Shown in pieces: positions 40,781 through 55,900 of a DNA stretch of 64,000 nucleotides. Numbering within the stretch: the stretch's first letter is position 1; each line of letters opens with the position of its first letter. Source of the stretch: the human T2T-CHM13v2.0 reference genome, Homo sapiens. Where the stretch lies: NCBI RefSeq assembly GCF_009914755.1, contig NC_060931.1. One strand, written 5' to 3'. The notes under the pieces were generated by a model. The model saw nothing but the letters and a program-made list of their open reading frames with translations, was not told where the DNA came from and searched no databases. A program made the translations under genes and the position numbers.

Positions 40781-42329
40781 TAGAAGATCAAGCTTCTAGA
40801 AATGAGCTACGCACTTATTTTGAAAACTCTCCCCTTTGTTTCTTAACCATGATTAGTTGTAGAACTTTTAAATAAAAAAGTGGCCCATGTTCTCCTCTTG
40901 GATGGCAGCAAACAATGGGTGTACAGCTTAGATTTCCACATCCTCTGTATGCCCAGGCTTGTGGGTGAAGAACCCTAGGTGAAAGAGTTTGTGGTGGCAT
41001 CTGCCAGAGGAAGAGAATGTAGATTGTTCTCCAGAGCCCACAGAGGGAAAAAAAAGTAAAGAAAAAGAAATAAAACCAGGAGTCCTTGGGGAAAGAAGAG
41101 GTACCTATGACTAAAATATCAGAATTGGTTATGTTGGCTTCACTGCCAGTGCCCTTAATGTATTACAGCTATAAGTGAACACCAATTATATTTTACTCAT
41201 GTTTGTATATCAGACACAATTTTTACCTGATTTATGTTATTAGTACATTAATATAAAATGAAAGACTTTTTTTTAGCAATACATTACCAATTCTATGGTT
41301 ACTCTTTATCATATGGTAAATATATGTGATTTCAACTTACTTTATAAATGGAATATATATAGTAAAATTAATTAGATTATAACATCTATTTTAAAATAAG
41401 ATTTCTAACAGAAGGATACAGAGTCATAACAGATGGAACCACATACAGGCACACACTCACAGGAGAGCTACTCTAGGTCCTGTAGGAGTCTTTCAAGGAT
41501 ACAGTTATGATCAAAATATATGCTTGCCATTGAAGAGACAGTGGTGCTGGTGAAAGATTTTCCATAATTCTAAAATTATACACGCAAAGTATGTTATTTT
41601 ACTCCCAGCAATATGGTTTAACAATCTCAAACTTTATGAAAGAAAAATCAATAAAAAGTTATTGTGTGAAGTGTTTTGAGTTATAGATTATTCACACGGA
41701 AATATAGAACCTATTTAAGTCACCTACAACAGGCTCATAGAATGTTTTCATTAATATTATTCCAAGTTTGTTGGTAGGAAATGTTAAATAAGCAAGGCTT
41801 AAATATGCTATCTGATATTAGCAAATTGTCAGTCAATTTGGAAATTGTCAGTAATCCCCTCCACAAATGTTTGTTTGCTCCTAACTGTAATAATAAAAAA
41901 ATCAGTACTTTAAAATATTTTACTTTAGTTTGCCTTATTCTTCAAGGTATCATATTCAAATACAACTGGTATTCTGTCCTAGATGTTCTGAGTCAGATCT
42001 GGATACCATGTGTTGTCGCTGTGTCTCTAAACAATTCATTCTGTCACTGACACTTTGGTTTGGTTTCTTGGGCTATGTCAACAAGCCAGCCTAGAAAAAT
42101 TTCCATAAAAAATACATATGGGTGGCAGAGTTTCAGGTTCCTTTTTTTTTTTTTTTTTATCTCTACACAAATTTCTATTTACCGATTTATGTTAAAATTC
42201 TAGGCAAACCTCTTCCCCAGGGGGAAACAAAAAATGTTTATTGGCACTCTGTCCTCTCCCATTTCAATTCACAACTTATGAATGGGTCAGTCATATGATT
42301 ATCGGGAGAACTGATAGTGGTCTCTGATT

Positions 42330-42510
42330 AAAAAAAGTCTGAGATTATAATGTCAGTTCTGCACCTTGCTTACTGTGTAACTTTGGGCAGCTAATTAAAC
42401 TTCTCTGGATTTAGCTTTCTAGTGTGTAAAGTTAGGAAAGTAGTAACACCAGTCTTTAAAAGATAATATATATGTTATGGGCTTTATCAACTCTGAAAAA
42501 GACTACAAAT
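42330..42510 (+). mobile_element. MIR
   Basis: 'tgtgtaactttgggcagctaattaaacttctctgga..tagctttct..tgtaaa'. Confidence 0.7.
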
Positions 42511-44677
42511 TTAAAAATAATACATTACTCTTGCCTGATAAAGAAACAGTGCTATTTAAAAGACAGCTATCTAGACAGTGTTGACAGAGAAGGAAAGGAG
42601 CTCTCATTGTTTCTTTGATCCAAACAGAGTTATCTCTTAAACTGATGGTACAATCAGTTGGTTCAGGTCAGAGGGGCCTGGCCTGGGCCCAACTACATAG
42701 AATCATGTTGCACAAAATGCAGGACAAAGAGTTCAACACAAAAGTGGATCAGAGCAGTGAATAACTCAGAGCAGTAAACTGAACTTTATTTTTTATAGGG
42801 TTGGGGTCAGGTATAACAGTGATGAGGGAGTCCAAAGGACCTTGGCCTCAGATCTTTTCAAGCAGGCATGTGCTCCAATGTCATGACCCCAGAACAGAAA
42901 CAGACAAAACTAGCATAGATCCCATTGAACCACTAGGAAAGGAATGAAGAGTCCATGTGTAAACTATCCATTGTTCAACTAGGCAATTTTATTTTGGACA
43001 GTGTTTGCCTAAACAAGGGAGAGAGAATAAGGAAAATATAAGTAAAAAGCAACTCAGTAAAGAATATGATTAAAAGGCACACCAAGATGCAAAAGTAGGG
43101 GAAATAGAGATTTAGGTAACACTCTATTGTTTGAAGTAGAAACTGCATCTTTTTAAAGGTTAAGACTTCAATATATCCTCACTTTACCACTGAGAAAACC
43201 AAACTGTAAAAGAATAGATCAGATACTAAAGTTCACATACTGACCAGTGTTCAAATCCATATATTCTTTTCTGGTGTCAAACACTGTGTTCCTGAAACCT
43301 GTGTTATCGTATCTGAGATGATTGTCAAGATGTTCTCATTTGGTGGTCACCAGTGATAGCGTTTATTATGTTTAGTGTTCTCAAAACACAAGTAAATATA
43401 AAACAGATAGCTAAGTGTGTAATAGATTATATTATAGTCACTCACATGAATCATACACACAGACACTTAATAGACAAACAAGATGTCTCAGGTATAATGT
43501 CAAATAATGTTATGAGTATCTTTAGGAGAAAGAAAAGGAAAAATCTCTCTTAAAATAAACTTAACAATCAATGCTATGAATAGAACAAAAACTGTGAAGG
43601 ATTAATAGCATTGACTTAAATGTCAAATTCTCCTTTGATTAAAAAAACATAGTGTATAATTATAGAATTTCAATCTAGATTGTTTTATGACACTCAAATT
43701 TATCACACATAGGTTAATATGTATATTAACCTAACTTGCTATTGAGCAAGTCTTTTAGGAAGGCAAGAAACACATAATAATCATTGCAGATAATAAAATT
43801 GCTGAAGGCTGCAGTGAGGTTTAGAAATCCCCAATCAAATTTAGCTGTCTATTCTCAAGATGTGTACATTACTAGACCAATTTTCTTAATACATATTTTT
43901 ACTTCTAGAATATATGCCCTAAAAATTAGCAAAACATCTGAAAGTCTTTATCTCTTGCAAACTTATTTTGCTACCATTTACTAACCCTGAGAAGTTAAAC
44001 ATTTCTTTGTACGTATGTTTTTGAAGGTGATTTGATATTTTATTTAAATAAAGCTGTTTTCAAAGTAGCTAAAGGTAAAATTGGAATTTTGCATTTAAAT
44101 TTCAAATTAACATGAAAAAAAAATCCAAGCTGGGTGTCTGGTAATATGCAGAAAACTAATCATTCCAATGCAATGGCAATGAATATAAGCATAAAAGACT
44201 ATAAAACACTATACATATATTACATATATTTGTGTATGTACGTAAATATATGTATATAGTCTGTTATTTTCCATGTTTGTTTTGTTTCCCACTATGGTTT
44301 TTGTTTTAAAGATGGATTCAGGTAGTTTATTTTTCTGTGTGTGGAGTATATTCACTGTTCTAAAAGTATGGCCAGAATTAATTGATTTATTTAAAGTTAA
44401 CTTAAGAAAATATTAACCTCCCCAACCTCAACTGGTCAAGGCATAAGCAACCCTCTGTGTCTGCTTCACAGAAACGAAGGCATTGCCCTGCACTTCAGTC
44501 TTTAGCAGAGATACTATACTGTACTAGGAGTTCATCATCAACAAAGAATGCGACCCTCAGCCAGGACCTAGGAGATAACTATGAATTTGTACTTCTGCTG
44601 TCTCCACCATGCTATTTAGTGGAGATGAGGAAAGGACTTATGAAAATATCAAGGTCTCTTGAAAATTATTTAAGTGT

Positions 44678-45720
44678 CACACAGAGTGGGAGAAAATTTT
44701 CGCAAACCATGCATCGGACAAAGGACTAATATCCAGAATCTGCAAGGAAAACAAACGAATTGGTAAGCAAAAAACAAGTAATCCCATCAAAAAGTGGGCT
44801 GGGGACATGAATAGATGATTCCCAAAAGAAGATATACAAATGGCCAACAAACATGAACAAATGCCCAACAGCCCAACATCACTAATTGTCAGAGAAACGC
44901 AAATCAAAACCATAAGGCAATACCATCTTATTCCTGCAAGAATGGCCACAATTAAAAAAAAATAGATGTTGGTGTGAATGTGCTGAAAAGGGAACCCTTT
45001 TACACTGCCAGTGGGAATGTAAGCTAGCACAACCACTGTGGAAAACAGTATGGAGATTCCTTAAAGCACTATTAGGTTGGTGTGAATGTAATTGCAGTTT
45101 TGGCCATTTTAATGACAATACCACAATTACTTTTGCACCAACCTCATAAAATTAGAACTACCATTCAATCCAGCACTCCCACTACTGGGTATTTATCCAG
45201 AGGAAAATAAGTCATTACATGAAAAACAGACTTGTACAGGCATGTTTATACCAGGACAATTTGCTATTGCAAAAATATGGAACTAGCTCAAAAGCCGATC
45301 AATCAATGAGAAGATAAATAAAATATGATATATATATATATCATATATTTGTGTGTGTGTGTGTGTGTGTATACACCATGGAATACTACTCAGCCATAAA
45401 AAGGACAAAATAATGGCATTAACAGCAAGTTGGACGGACTTGGAGATGGTTATTCTAAATACAATAACTCATAACTGGAAAACCAAACATTGTATGTCCT
45501 CACTTATCAGTGGGAACTAAACTATGAGGATGCAAAGGCATAAGAATAATACAATGAACTTTGGGGACTCTGGGAGGGGTGAGGGGGGTGCAGGATAAAA
45601 GACTACACATTGGGTACAGTGTGCACTGCTCAGGTGATGGGTGCATCAAAATCTCAGAAATCACCACTAATGAACTTATCCGTGTAACCCCCATTCCAAA
45701 AAAGCTGTTGAAAAAAAAAA
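44678..45720 (+). mobile_element. L1PB-type 3' fragment with poly-A tail
   Basis: ORF2 end plus 3' UTR 'gactacacattgggtacagtgtgcactgctcaggtgatggg..aaatcaccactaa'. Confidence 0.92.
45072..45146. mobile_element. MADE1 (Hsmar1-derived MITE) inserted in the L1PB
   Basis: ttaggttggtg..gtaattgc / caattacttttgcaccaacct inverted repeats, flanked by TA at 45070-45071 and 45147-45148. L1 text 'ttaaagcacta|aaattagaactacc' resumes on either side. Confidence 0.93.
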
Positions 45721-46009
45721 GTCTCTAAGAAATAATGCAAAGAAAAGAACCACACACTACAATTCCAAAGCTGGCAGGCAAAGGCAGACAGACACAGGAA
45801 AAACAAACTGGAAACAATTTTTATTATATGTTGTCACATGGCAATACTACAAATATATCAATTTTCAAATGAAAAAAATTATTTAAGGGTCAACAGTTTA
45901 TTTGTGTAACTTCTTGATAACACTTTATAAAGAAAGCTACATTATTTACTTAGAAGAGCACTGGGATTATTTTTGTAATTCCCATAACACACACACAGGT
46001 CTACTTATA

Positions 46010-46180
46010 AAATTGCCGAATATTAGAGCTTGAAGGAAACTTAGAGATTATTTTACCTTTGTTTGTATTTGTAGGTGAGAAAACTGAAGTCCAGAGAATT
46101 TAAATAACTCTTCTGAATGCCTGCAGCAAATCTTGAAGTCCTGAGGCCAACTCCCAGTGCTGTATTCTGCATTCCAGAGC
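46010..46180 (-). mobile_element. MIR
   Basis: 'tagagcttgaaggaaacttagagat..tttgtaggtgagaaaactgaagtccagaga'. Confidence 0.7.
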
Positions 46181-46856
46181 ACAATTCGTCGTCTTGGATA
46201 AATGGTAGTCCAACTTGCAACATAGACTGCATCACATCATTTGTTAATGGAACTATGTAATAGGAAAGTTATGGCTGAAATTAATTTTGGAATTCACCTA
46301 AAGGAATTTATTACTTTGTAGGTAAAAAAAGTGAGGTCAAAAAAAGTTGTGTAAAATGAAAAGGAAACTGCCTAAAGTAACAGTGTTAGATGAATGTGCA
46401 TATTTTATCAACTAGTTCAGCATTAGCTAGATCATGTAACAACCTTGTCATATCTAGGCTCATCTTTTTGTTTTGAGTTATTTAAGTGTCATCTTCTTAA
46501 CTTTCACTAGAAATGGTCCTGTAATTATCTTTCACCCTACAATACTAATAAACATATAGTCAAATAAAGTTGGCAAAACAGGCAGCCTTTAAAAGCAGAG
46601 ATGCCTATTCTCTATTGCAATATTTTTAAAGCCTTGCTTTATACTGATAAGCATGAAAATCTCATTTTCTTTCTTCCTTACCACAAGATGCATATATTTA
46701 TCCAAGAAGATTTTGTCCAGTTTCATTCTGAGCAGTTTGTATCATGAAAACAATACATTTGTTTCATTTTCGAAATACAAAATTATTATGTTGTCTATGC
46801 TTTTCAAACCATACAATCTGTGGAGTTTCCTTTTTGAGAATCACTGCTCCTGATTT

Positions 46857-46861
<5 letters not shown>

Positions 46862-46913
<52 letters not shown>

Positions 46914-47021
46914 TACATATATATAATAAATATATATATAAAATACATATATATAATAAATATATATATAAAATACATATATAATACATATATGTAATAT
47001 ATATTATACATATATATATTA
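46862..47021. repeat. (TA)n plus an AT-rich short tandem duplication
   Basis: Pure TA run, then two copies of 'acatatatataataaatatatatataaaat'. Confidence 0.95.
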
Positions 47022-47431
47022 TACTTTTAGTGCTATTTTCTAGTGAAAATCAGAATAAGCTGTGTTCTTCTAATCTGTGATCCTCTTATCTTTCCTCTTT
47101 TCCTGTTTTCTTTTCCCCTTCTCCTTCCTCTCTCTCTCTTCATGAACAATTCAGATCTCCAGCCTTTAGGTGATATGGGGCACAGTAAGAAAGGTACACA
47201 CTCACTTGGAGATGCAGCCTGGTGAGGGATGTTAGAAGCCTATGTTTAATGAGGAGGTCTTCCAGGTGGAGTGGCTGGAGTGGCCTGGTGTGTGGGGCAT
47301 CAGTATAAAGTTTGCTGAACTGGCTATTAAGAAATCATACTTAACCAGATTGAAAGGTTAAAAGATTTTCTAGATAACTATCAGCAATTTTGATTTAGGT
47401 ACATATCCTATCTTAATTGACAGAAAAATTG

Positions 47432-47655
47432 TGATGAGCCACCTACAGACTGCTAAACTAAAAGAGCACCCTGTAACACACGCCCACTGGGGCTTTAGCT
47501 GTAAACATTCACCCCTAGACACTGCTGTGGGGTCAGAGCCCCACAGGTCCCTGCCTGTATGCTCCCCTAGAGGTATGAGCAGTGGGGTACTGAGGAGGCG
47601 AGCCACACTCCCCATTGCATCCGGCCAGGGGGACAAGGGAATCTTTCCCATTTCA
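47432..47655 (+). mobile_element. LTR1-family (HUERS-P2, ERV1) LTR 3' portion
   Basis: 'aaaagagcaccctgtaacacacgcccactggggctt..gctgtaaacattcacccctagacactgc...gggggacaaggga..tttcccatttca'. Confidence 0.85.
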
Positions 47656-49054
47656 ATTTCATGTTACAAACATCATTTCTTAGGAAAGATTATATTACCT
47701 TGAAAGTTTTACATACTATACTTTACAAATACAATAATATAAAAATCTAGTATATAGGATTATAAAGCCTCCACATTGCACTAATTTTCTAAATTACACT
47801 TATGACTTCTCTTTCACTAATCCATCATTAAGCTATCAAAATCCTTGTTTAGCTCCTCCCCATCAAATTCCCATATTTTTAAACAAACACATTATTAGTA
47901 CATTTTCTTATAGTATTAAGGCTGTTTAACATTCCAGGGCTTTCACATGTTTTATTCACTCTCTCCACTGTAAATAGTCTTTACCAGCTTGAATTTATAT
48001 GACACTTCGTTAAAAAAAAACTCTTTTTTTCTTTTGCTAGTGTGCTCATGAGTTTAGTTTCAAATGAATCTAACACATACTCCTTTCATCCTTGTTTTTG
48101 AGGTTTGACAAAATAAAATTGCAACTTCATGCTGCAGGTAAAAATACTAATAACTTCAATGTTTTTTCAACTTCAATCCAGAGATAATGCAGTATCCATA
48201 TTTTTTATAAAACTAGCATATATGCATTCTTATTAAATGACATACTCATTGTATGGTTGGTAAGCCCCCTTTTTCACTTAAATATGGAATTAAACTATGA
48301 AAGATAGCAAATTTTACTTTGATTTTTGTGGTTGTGGAAACACATTAGATAACATATTTGCAGGTTTTGTGGTACTTGTGGTAACAACAGGATTGTGAAC
48401 TCATAGTTTGTTTTGGTGGATAGTCACATTCAAGAGAAAGGCAGTTTTCCAGTTTCAACACTGAAAAGTAAGATGAGGATTTTTTTTTTTGTTAGTCTTC
48501 ATATATAAGAAATGTCTTTGTTGCAACAAGTCAAAGTTGCATAAAAATAATTAGTATTGTTTAAAGTGAGGGTTAAACACAGCCTGCTTTATGGAATAGA
48601 AACTTTACTGATTACAAGGCAGATATCTTCAAAGTGCATGCCACGTACTTCTTTATTGAGTTTATATTGTGGAAATTTATGGTACTATAAAGATTTATCT
48701 ATACATCAGTGGATAACTGATGGTAAATGAAAAGCCCTGTGGTTTCTTTTAAAGTATGTGCATTAAGCGCAATGACCTTTATGTGCTTTCAAATAAAAAT
48801 AAGATTGAATTGTAAAAGCAGTAATTGAGATCCCTTTCCACGGTTTATTTTCTTGAAAAATGATATTGAGTTAATTGACTCTTTTTGTCCTTTGTATTTA
48901 TATTTTTTGCTGAATAGTATTTATTCTGCTGGAAAGTATTTCTGTAAATATTATCAATGTACTCTCTATGAAATATAAGGATTAGGGCTAAACTGTAAGA
49001 ACATAATAAAAATATTCACATCATTATTCTTTGAAACATTGTAAACCTACATGA

Positions 49055-49415
49055 TGCCATGGTCTCAATGTTTGGGTCTCCCAAAATTTCTATGTGGAAA
49101 GGTAACCACCAATGTCATGTTAGGAGATGGGAACATTGGGAGGTTATTGGATCATGAGGGCAGATTGCTCATGACTGGGATTAGTGCCAGTATAAAGGAC
49201 ACCCCAAAGAGCTGCTTTGCTTTTTCTAACATGTGAGGGCACAGACAGAAGCCACCATCTATGAACCAGGAAACAGGCCCTCACTAGATGTTGAATATGC
49301 CAGTACCTTAATCTTGAATTTCTCAGCATCCAGAACTACAAAAAATAAATTTCAGTTGTTTATAAGCTACCCAGTTAATAGTATTTTGTTATAGCAGCAC
49401 AAACAGACTGAAATA
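49055..49415 (+). mobile_element. MLT1A/MLT1A0 solo LTR
   Basis: 'catctatgaaccaggaaacaggccctcac' and 'gtattttgttatagcagc'; TSD catga / catgg. Confidence 0.88.
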
Positions 49416-51549
49416 CATGGCATCTAATTTGAAAACATGCATGACAAATATATAAAATATATGTAATATATGTATGAATATATTTAATATCAGGTCTGCA
49501 GAAAAAATTACATTCTTTTAGTAGAAAACAAATGTATGATGAATTTCATAAGTTAGAATTCTGTGTACTATTTCATTTTGAAGAAATTTTCTAAGTTGGA
49601 CCTTATTAATCATAGTGCAATTTCTTCCAGATTGTTCGTACAATATTATAAAAATCTCTCACTCCTTGTGGTCAATCATATTTTCCATGGCGAATCACAA
49701 TGGAACAAAGATTAACACTGGCAATAATTATATGACTCAAGTAATTTAGAAAATAATAAATTGTTCTTGCTTCCTCTGTTAATTTTTATATTGATCAACT
49801 TGGTATAGAGACTAAGAAAATCTTAGTTTCTAATATTTGTTATCAAAGTATATGACATTGGCCAAAAGCACAATGTTAGACTGTACTTTTTATAAATTTT
49901 ATGATGAAAAATGACACATCTCTCTTAAAACTGTGACTTGTGTATCTTTTACTTTTTATGTGTTTGTCATACTGACAGATATTTTGAGGTTTTCTATTCT
50001 TGTTTTTCTTGTCAAACATCTGCATGAAAAGCCAGTAAGTATTCTGCACACTACAAAGTCATGGTTAAATAATTTCAAACTGTGCAGATAAAAATCGCGA
50101 AAGAAACACAACCATTCAGATATTTTCTACACTATGCCAATTTTCCGAATGGTAATTTCATTTTCATTTTTTAAAAAATATTTTATCATTCACTAAGCGG
50201 TATGGTATGTTTATTAAAAAACAGAACAAATCAGAGATAGGAAGAGAGATATGTAAGACTTCACAAATATCTACTGGTACACAGTGGTCTAATATTTACT
50301 TCCAATGTCAGATCTGGAAATCTCATCAGATAACCTATGTTGTTGCCCTCCAGGCCATAGAGTCAAAATTCTGTTCTTTCTTTGTGTAATCTCTTGATCG
50401 TATTCCTTCCTTGATCACACACATTTTCTGTATTTTTTTTAACAAAAGAGTTGGTAATCCATAATTTTTCTCATCCTTTATCTTATCTCATCTGTTTTTC
50501 TTATTGTTTTATGCCATCTTAAAACTGCTATTTTGTGATTTCATTGCTCATGAAAGTCATAAGAGAATTATGAAAAAGACATAGAGAGAAGAAATCATGA
50601 ACACATTTTTAATTCATTGCTCTGGGATAAGAAAGAAACAACAACAAATAAAACCCGTTTAATGTCTCTGTCTTGTGGCCTGTTTTTTAACAATGTTGGT
50701 AATCCCAAAGGACAATTAAGTAGCCCAGTTTATAAAATGCTTTACCTAGCACAGCATACTCTGTAAGTTTCCATAAAGTGAAAGAACTTCTAGACATTGT
50801 TTCAATGATTTTTTTTCTTTCAGTCCTAAGTAAAATAAAACCTCAGTTTATCACCTTGTCTCTGAAAACTGCTTTTCTTATTTTCATTGTATTTATTTAC
50901 CATAAGAAGATATACTAAGTTGTAAAATGGAGCCTTTGCATGTTTAATAAAAAGAAAATATATGACACCATATTTTAGAAATCTTGAAACTACATGTAAT
51001 TGTAAGCCTTCAGAAGATAAACAACTTCAAAAAATTATGAGACAAAATTTTTGTCTTAGATTCTGATATCATCTCGCTCAGAGTACTGCAAATGCTTTTA
51101 AAAATATAATTGAAAGATTACATTAATAAAAAACTGTCTTGGTCCATTGCTATTTTTTTAAAAATACCCTCCAATAACTGAATATTTTAGTTCAATAAAA
51201 TTATTTTAAAAATTCTACATATTCAATAAGAGCATTTCATGAAATTAGGGTTTCTACACCATTGGATTTTATCTACAAAAATGGTCATGGCTCTAGTAAC
51301 TATTTTTTATAAAAACATTATGGCTAAACTCCAAAAATTACATATACTGTTTGTTAACAAGTGTCTAAATTTAATATGAGTGTAACTTTAAGTGCCCTTG
51401 ATGAAAAACCAAAGAAAATGAATAAAATTTCAGTCTCATTTTATCTTAGCAGCATTCAAAATGAAACACTGGAAATGATTAGATACAAATTCCCTTCTAA
51501 TAATAGAACTTTGCACATTTTGCATATTTTGCATTTTCCCCTCTACTAA

Positions 51550-53532
<1,983 letters not shown>

Positions 53533-55499
53533 TGGGGTTTCTTATACAGTAAGAACATGTGTTAAGATTGTATTCTTTGCATTTTTCCATCTTTTTTTTC
53601 ATACAAACTTTCTTCAAGTCAGTTAGAGGCATTCACATTGGCTAAGGGAAAAGTGGTACTGTTTTAGGCAGAGTAAAAAGAGGAAAAACATTTTTTTCTT
53701 AAAAAATATGGTCACTGTATATCAAAAAGAATGTTAGAGGAAAGTAGAAAATAAAGTTTATGCAAAAATTGTCGAATTCCAGTGAAAACGAAAAAGATTC
53801 ACCCACTCTATTTAATGGACTAGGAAATAAGTGGATGATTACCAGGGTTGGGACAGAAAACAGATATAGGAATATGATCTGGAGGCAGGAGTGTTGGCTA
53901 CGAAAAATGAGTGCATTTGGCATTGGGAGGAGGAGTGAGTTGGCCTCAGAAATTAACTGTCCCTCAGCCTATCAGTGCTGGGGAATCACATGGAAGCTAG
54001 GCCAATATTTTTTTGTGCCATTATGTCATTGCTTGTTAGCTTTGTAAGACTAATTGTTGTGGGGTGTGAGCTCAGGATTGAAAGTTGTCTGCAAATCACC
54101 ATTACATCATCCAGAAGAACAATCACTTAGTCTGGAACACTTGGCTAACCCTCATCTGAATTGCTCTGTTTTTCTAATAATTCAGGATATTTGTAAGAAC
54201 CTCTAACAAATGATTGAAAGATTTCCGTAAAAAAGGTGGTGGCAGTGTAGAAAGAAAATCTTAGTATTTATGCTTGGGCAAGTTGGGATAATATCCTCCT
54301 GCACATGGACTGTGAAACAAGCATCATTAGCTTGTGAATCTTGTGCAACTAAGTTTTATTGCGGACAAAATAGCACCCCTAAACGAGAAGCAATAATCTC
54401 TTTTTCTCTTTTATTGTCGTATCATTTTTTTCAGGGGATCCTGAAAGACTTAGGCTTCTCCTGAAATATTGATAGTAGGAATAACTACTAGCTAAGAGTG
54501 TACAGGTGGAGGTTAGAGACTTCCTTAAAATCAAACTAGATAAATGTGAAACTTTTCTAAAAAGTGAAATCTATTGAAACAAATAAACAAGCAAGTAAAC
54601 TAGCTCTCTTGGGAATATCTGCTGTGCTATGTGTGCCAAATAAATTGTGGTTCTAATGCAACTTCATGCGTTTATATGCCTGGCCATTAACCCTTTATGA
54701 GTCCTTATTTCTGAATGGAGAGGGAGAGACATAGAAAATCATCCTTAAACTTGTCCCTACCCTCTAGCAACATCACACAATCCTCTTTAAATCCTCTTCA
54801 TTCCCTGAGAAGGGAAAGAAAATCTACATTTAACTTATTAAATTTAACGGTAGACCTCTGCTCAGTGTCAAACATATTTTCTGACCAAGGAGTAAATATG
54901 ATTTCATCATGAGGACATTATTTTGAGGAAATCATTTTTCCTATTACTGAAAAAAATGTGTTGATGTTAGAAAAAACTCTTCAATGCCAGGTGAAATGGT
55001 TTTGAACAACGGCTAGCGCGAATGAAAAAAAAAAAAGATGTTACTTGAATGAAAAGTCAATTTAAGAAACAGAGTACACTGTTGAAATGCTAGAATGGCT
55101 CAGCCTTTGAGATGATTAGTACCCTCAAATGAAACTGGTTTCCAGTGATCAAGTTCGAATGTGTGAGTAGCCTTGAGTAAGTTTCCATGTATAGAATTAG
55201 AGAGTAATACTGCCTTACTTCTAAATCCTTACCAGAAGGCAAGGAAACTGCACATATGTGATTAGGCTAGATAATCTCATGAGAAAGCACAGAGCAGAAG
55301 ATGAGTAGACAGATAAGTACTCTGGAACTTCAGTTTAGTCTGGCCTTCACATTATGTTTACCTGGACAGCAAGTCTCCTTGTGGAACTCCTGCCCTCCCG
55401 TACTTTGTTGTTATTAATAGTGGTGTTGAAAGTGAATAAAGATGGTGCTTGTAATCATTTTGCATGTGGAGATCAGTCTGGTTTTACTAGTTTTATCTG

Positions 55500-55900
55500 A
55501 TTGCTAACGTTGAATAAGAGATACCAATACAAGCAAGAATAAAAACAGTAATAGAAGCTTCTCCTACAAAACAATATGCCAAACTTCAAAAATGTTTTCG
55601 TTGTGAAAGACAAAGGAAGGTTTTGGAGCTCTTCCAGATTAAAAGAGACCAAAATGACATGGCAACTCATAGCAACATAAGAGCCTGAACTGGGTCTAGA
55701 TCAGGGGAAAATGCCATTAATGATGTTATCAGGATAACTGTCTATAACCTGAATGAAGAAAGCATATTAGACAATATAATTTTATCAATGTTTAGTTTCC
55801 TTAGTTTGATAATGTTAGAGAATGTATTCTTGACTTTTAAGGTTACAAACTGAAGTTTTTGGTGGTAAAGAGGAATGCAGTCTACAATGTTTCTCTTTAT
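55500..55900 (+). mobile_element. L1ME 3' UTR fragment
   Basis: 'ttccagattaaaagagaccaaaatgacatggcaact'. Confidence 0.65.
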
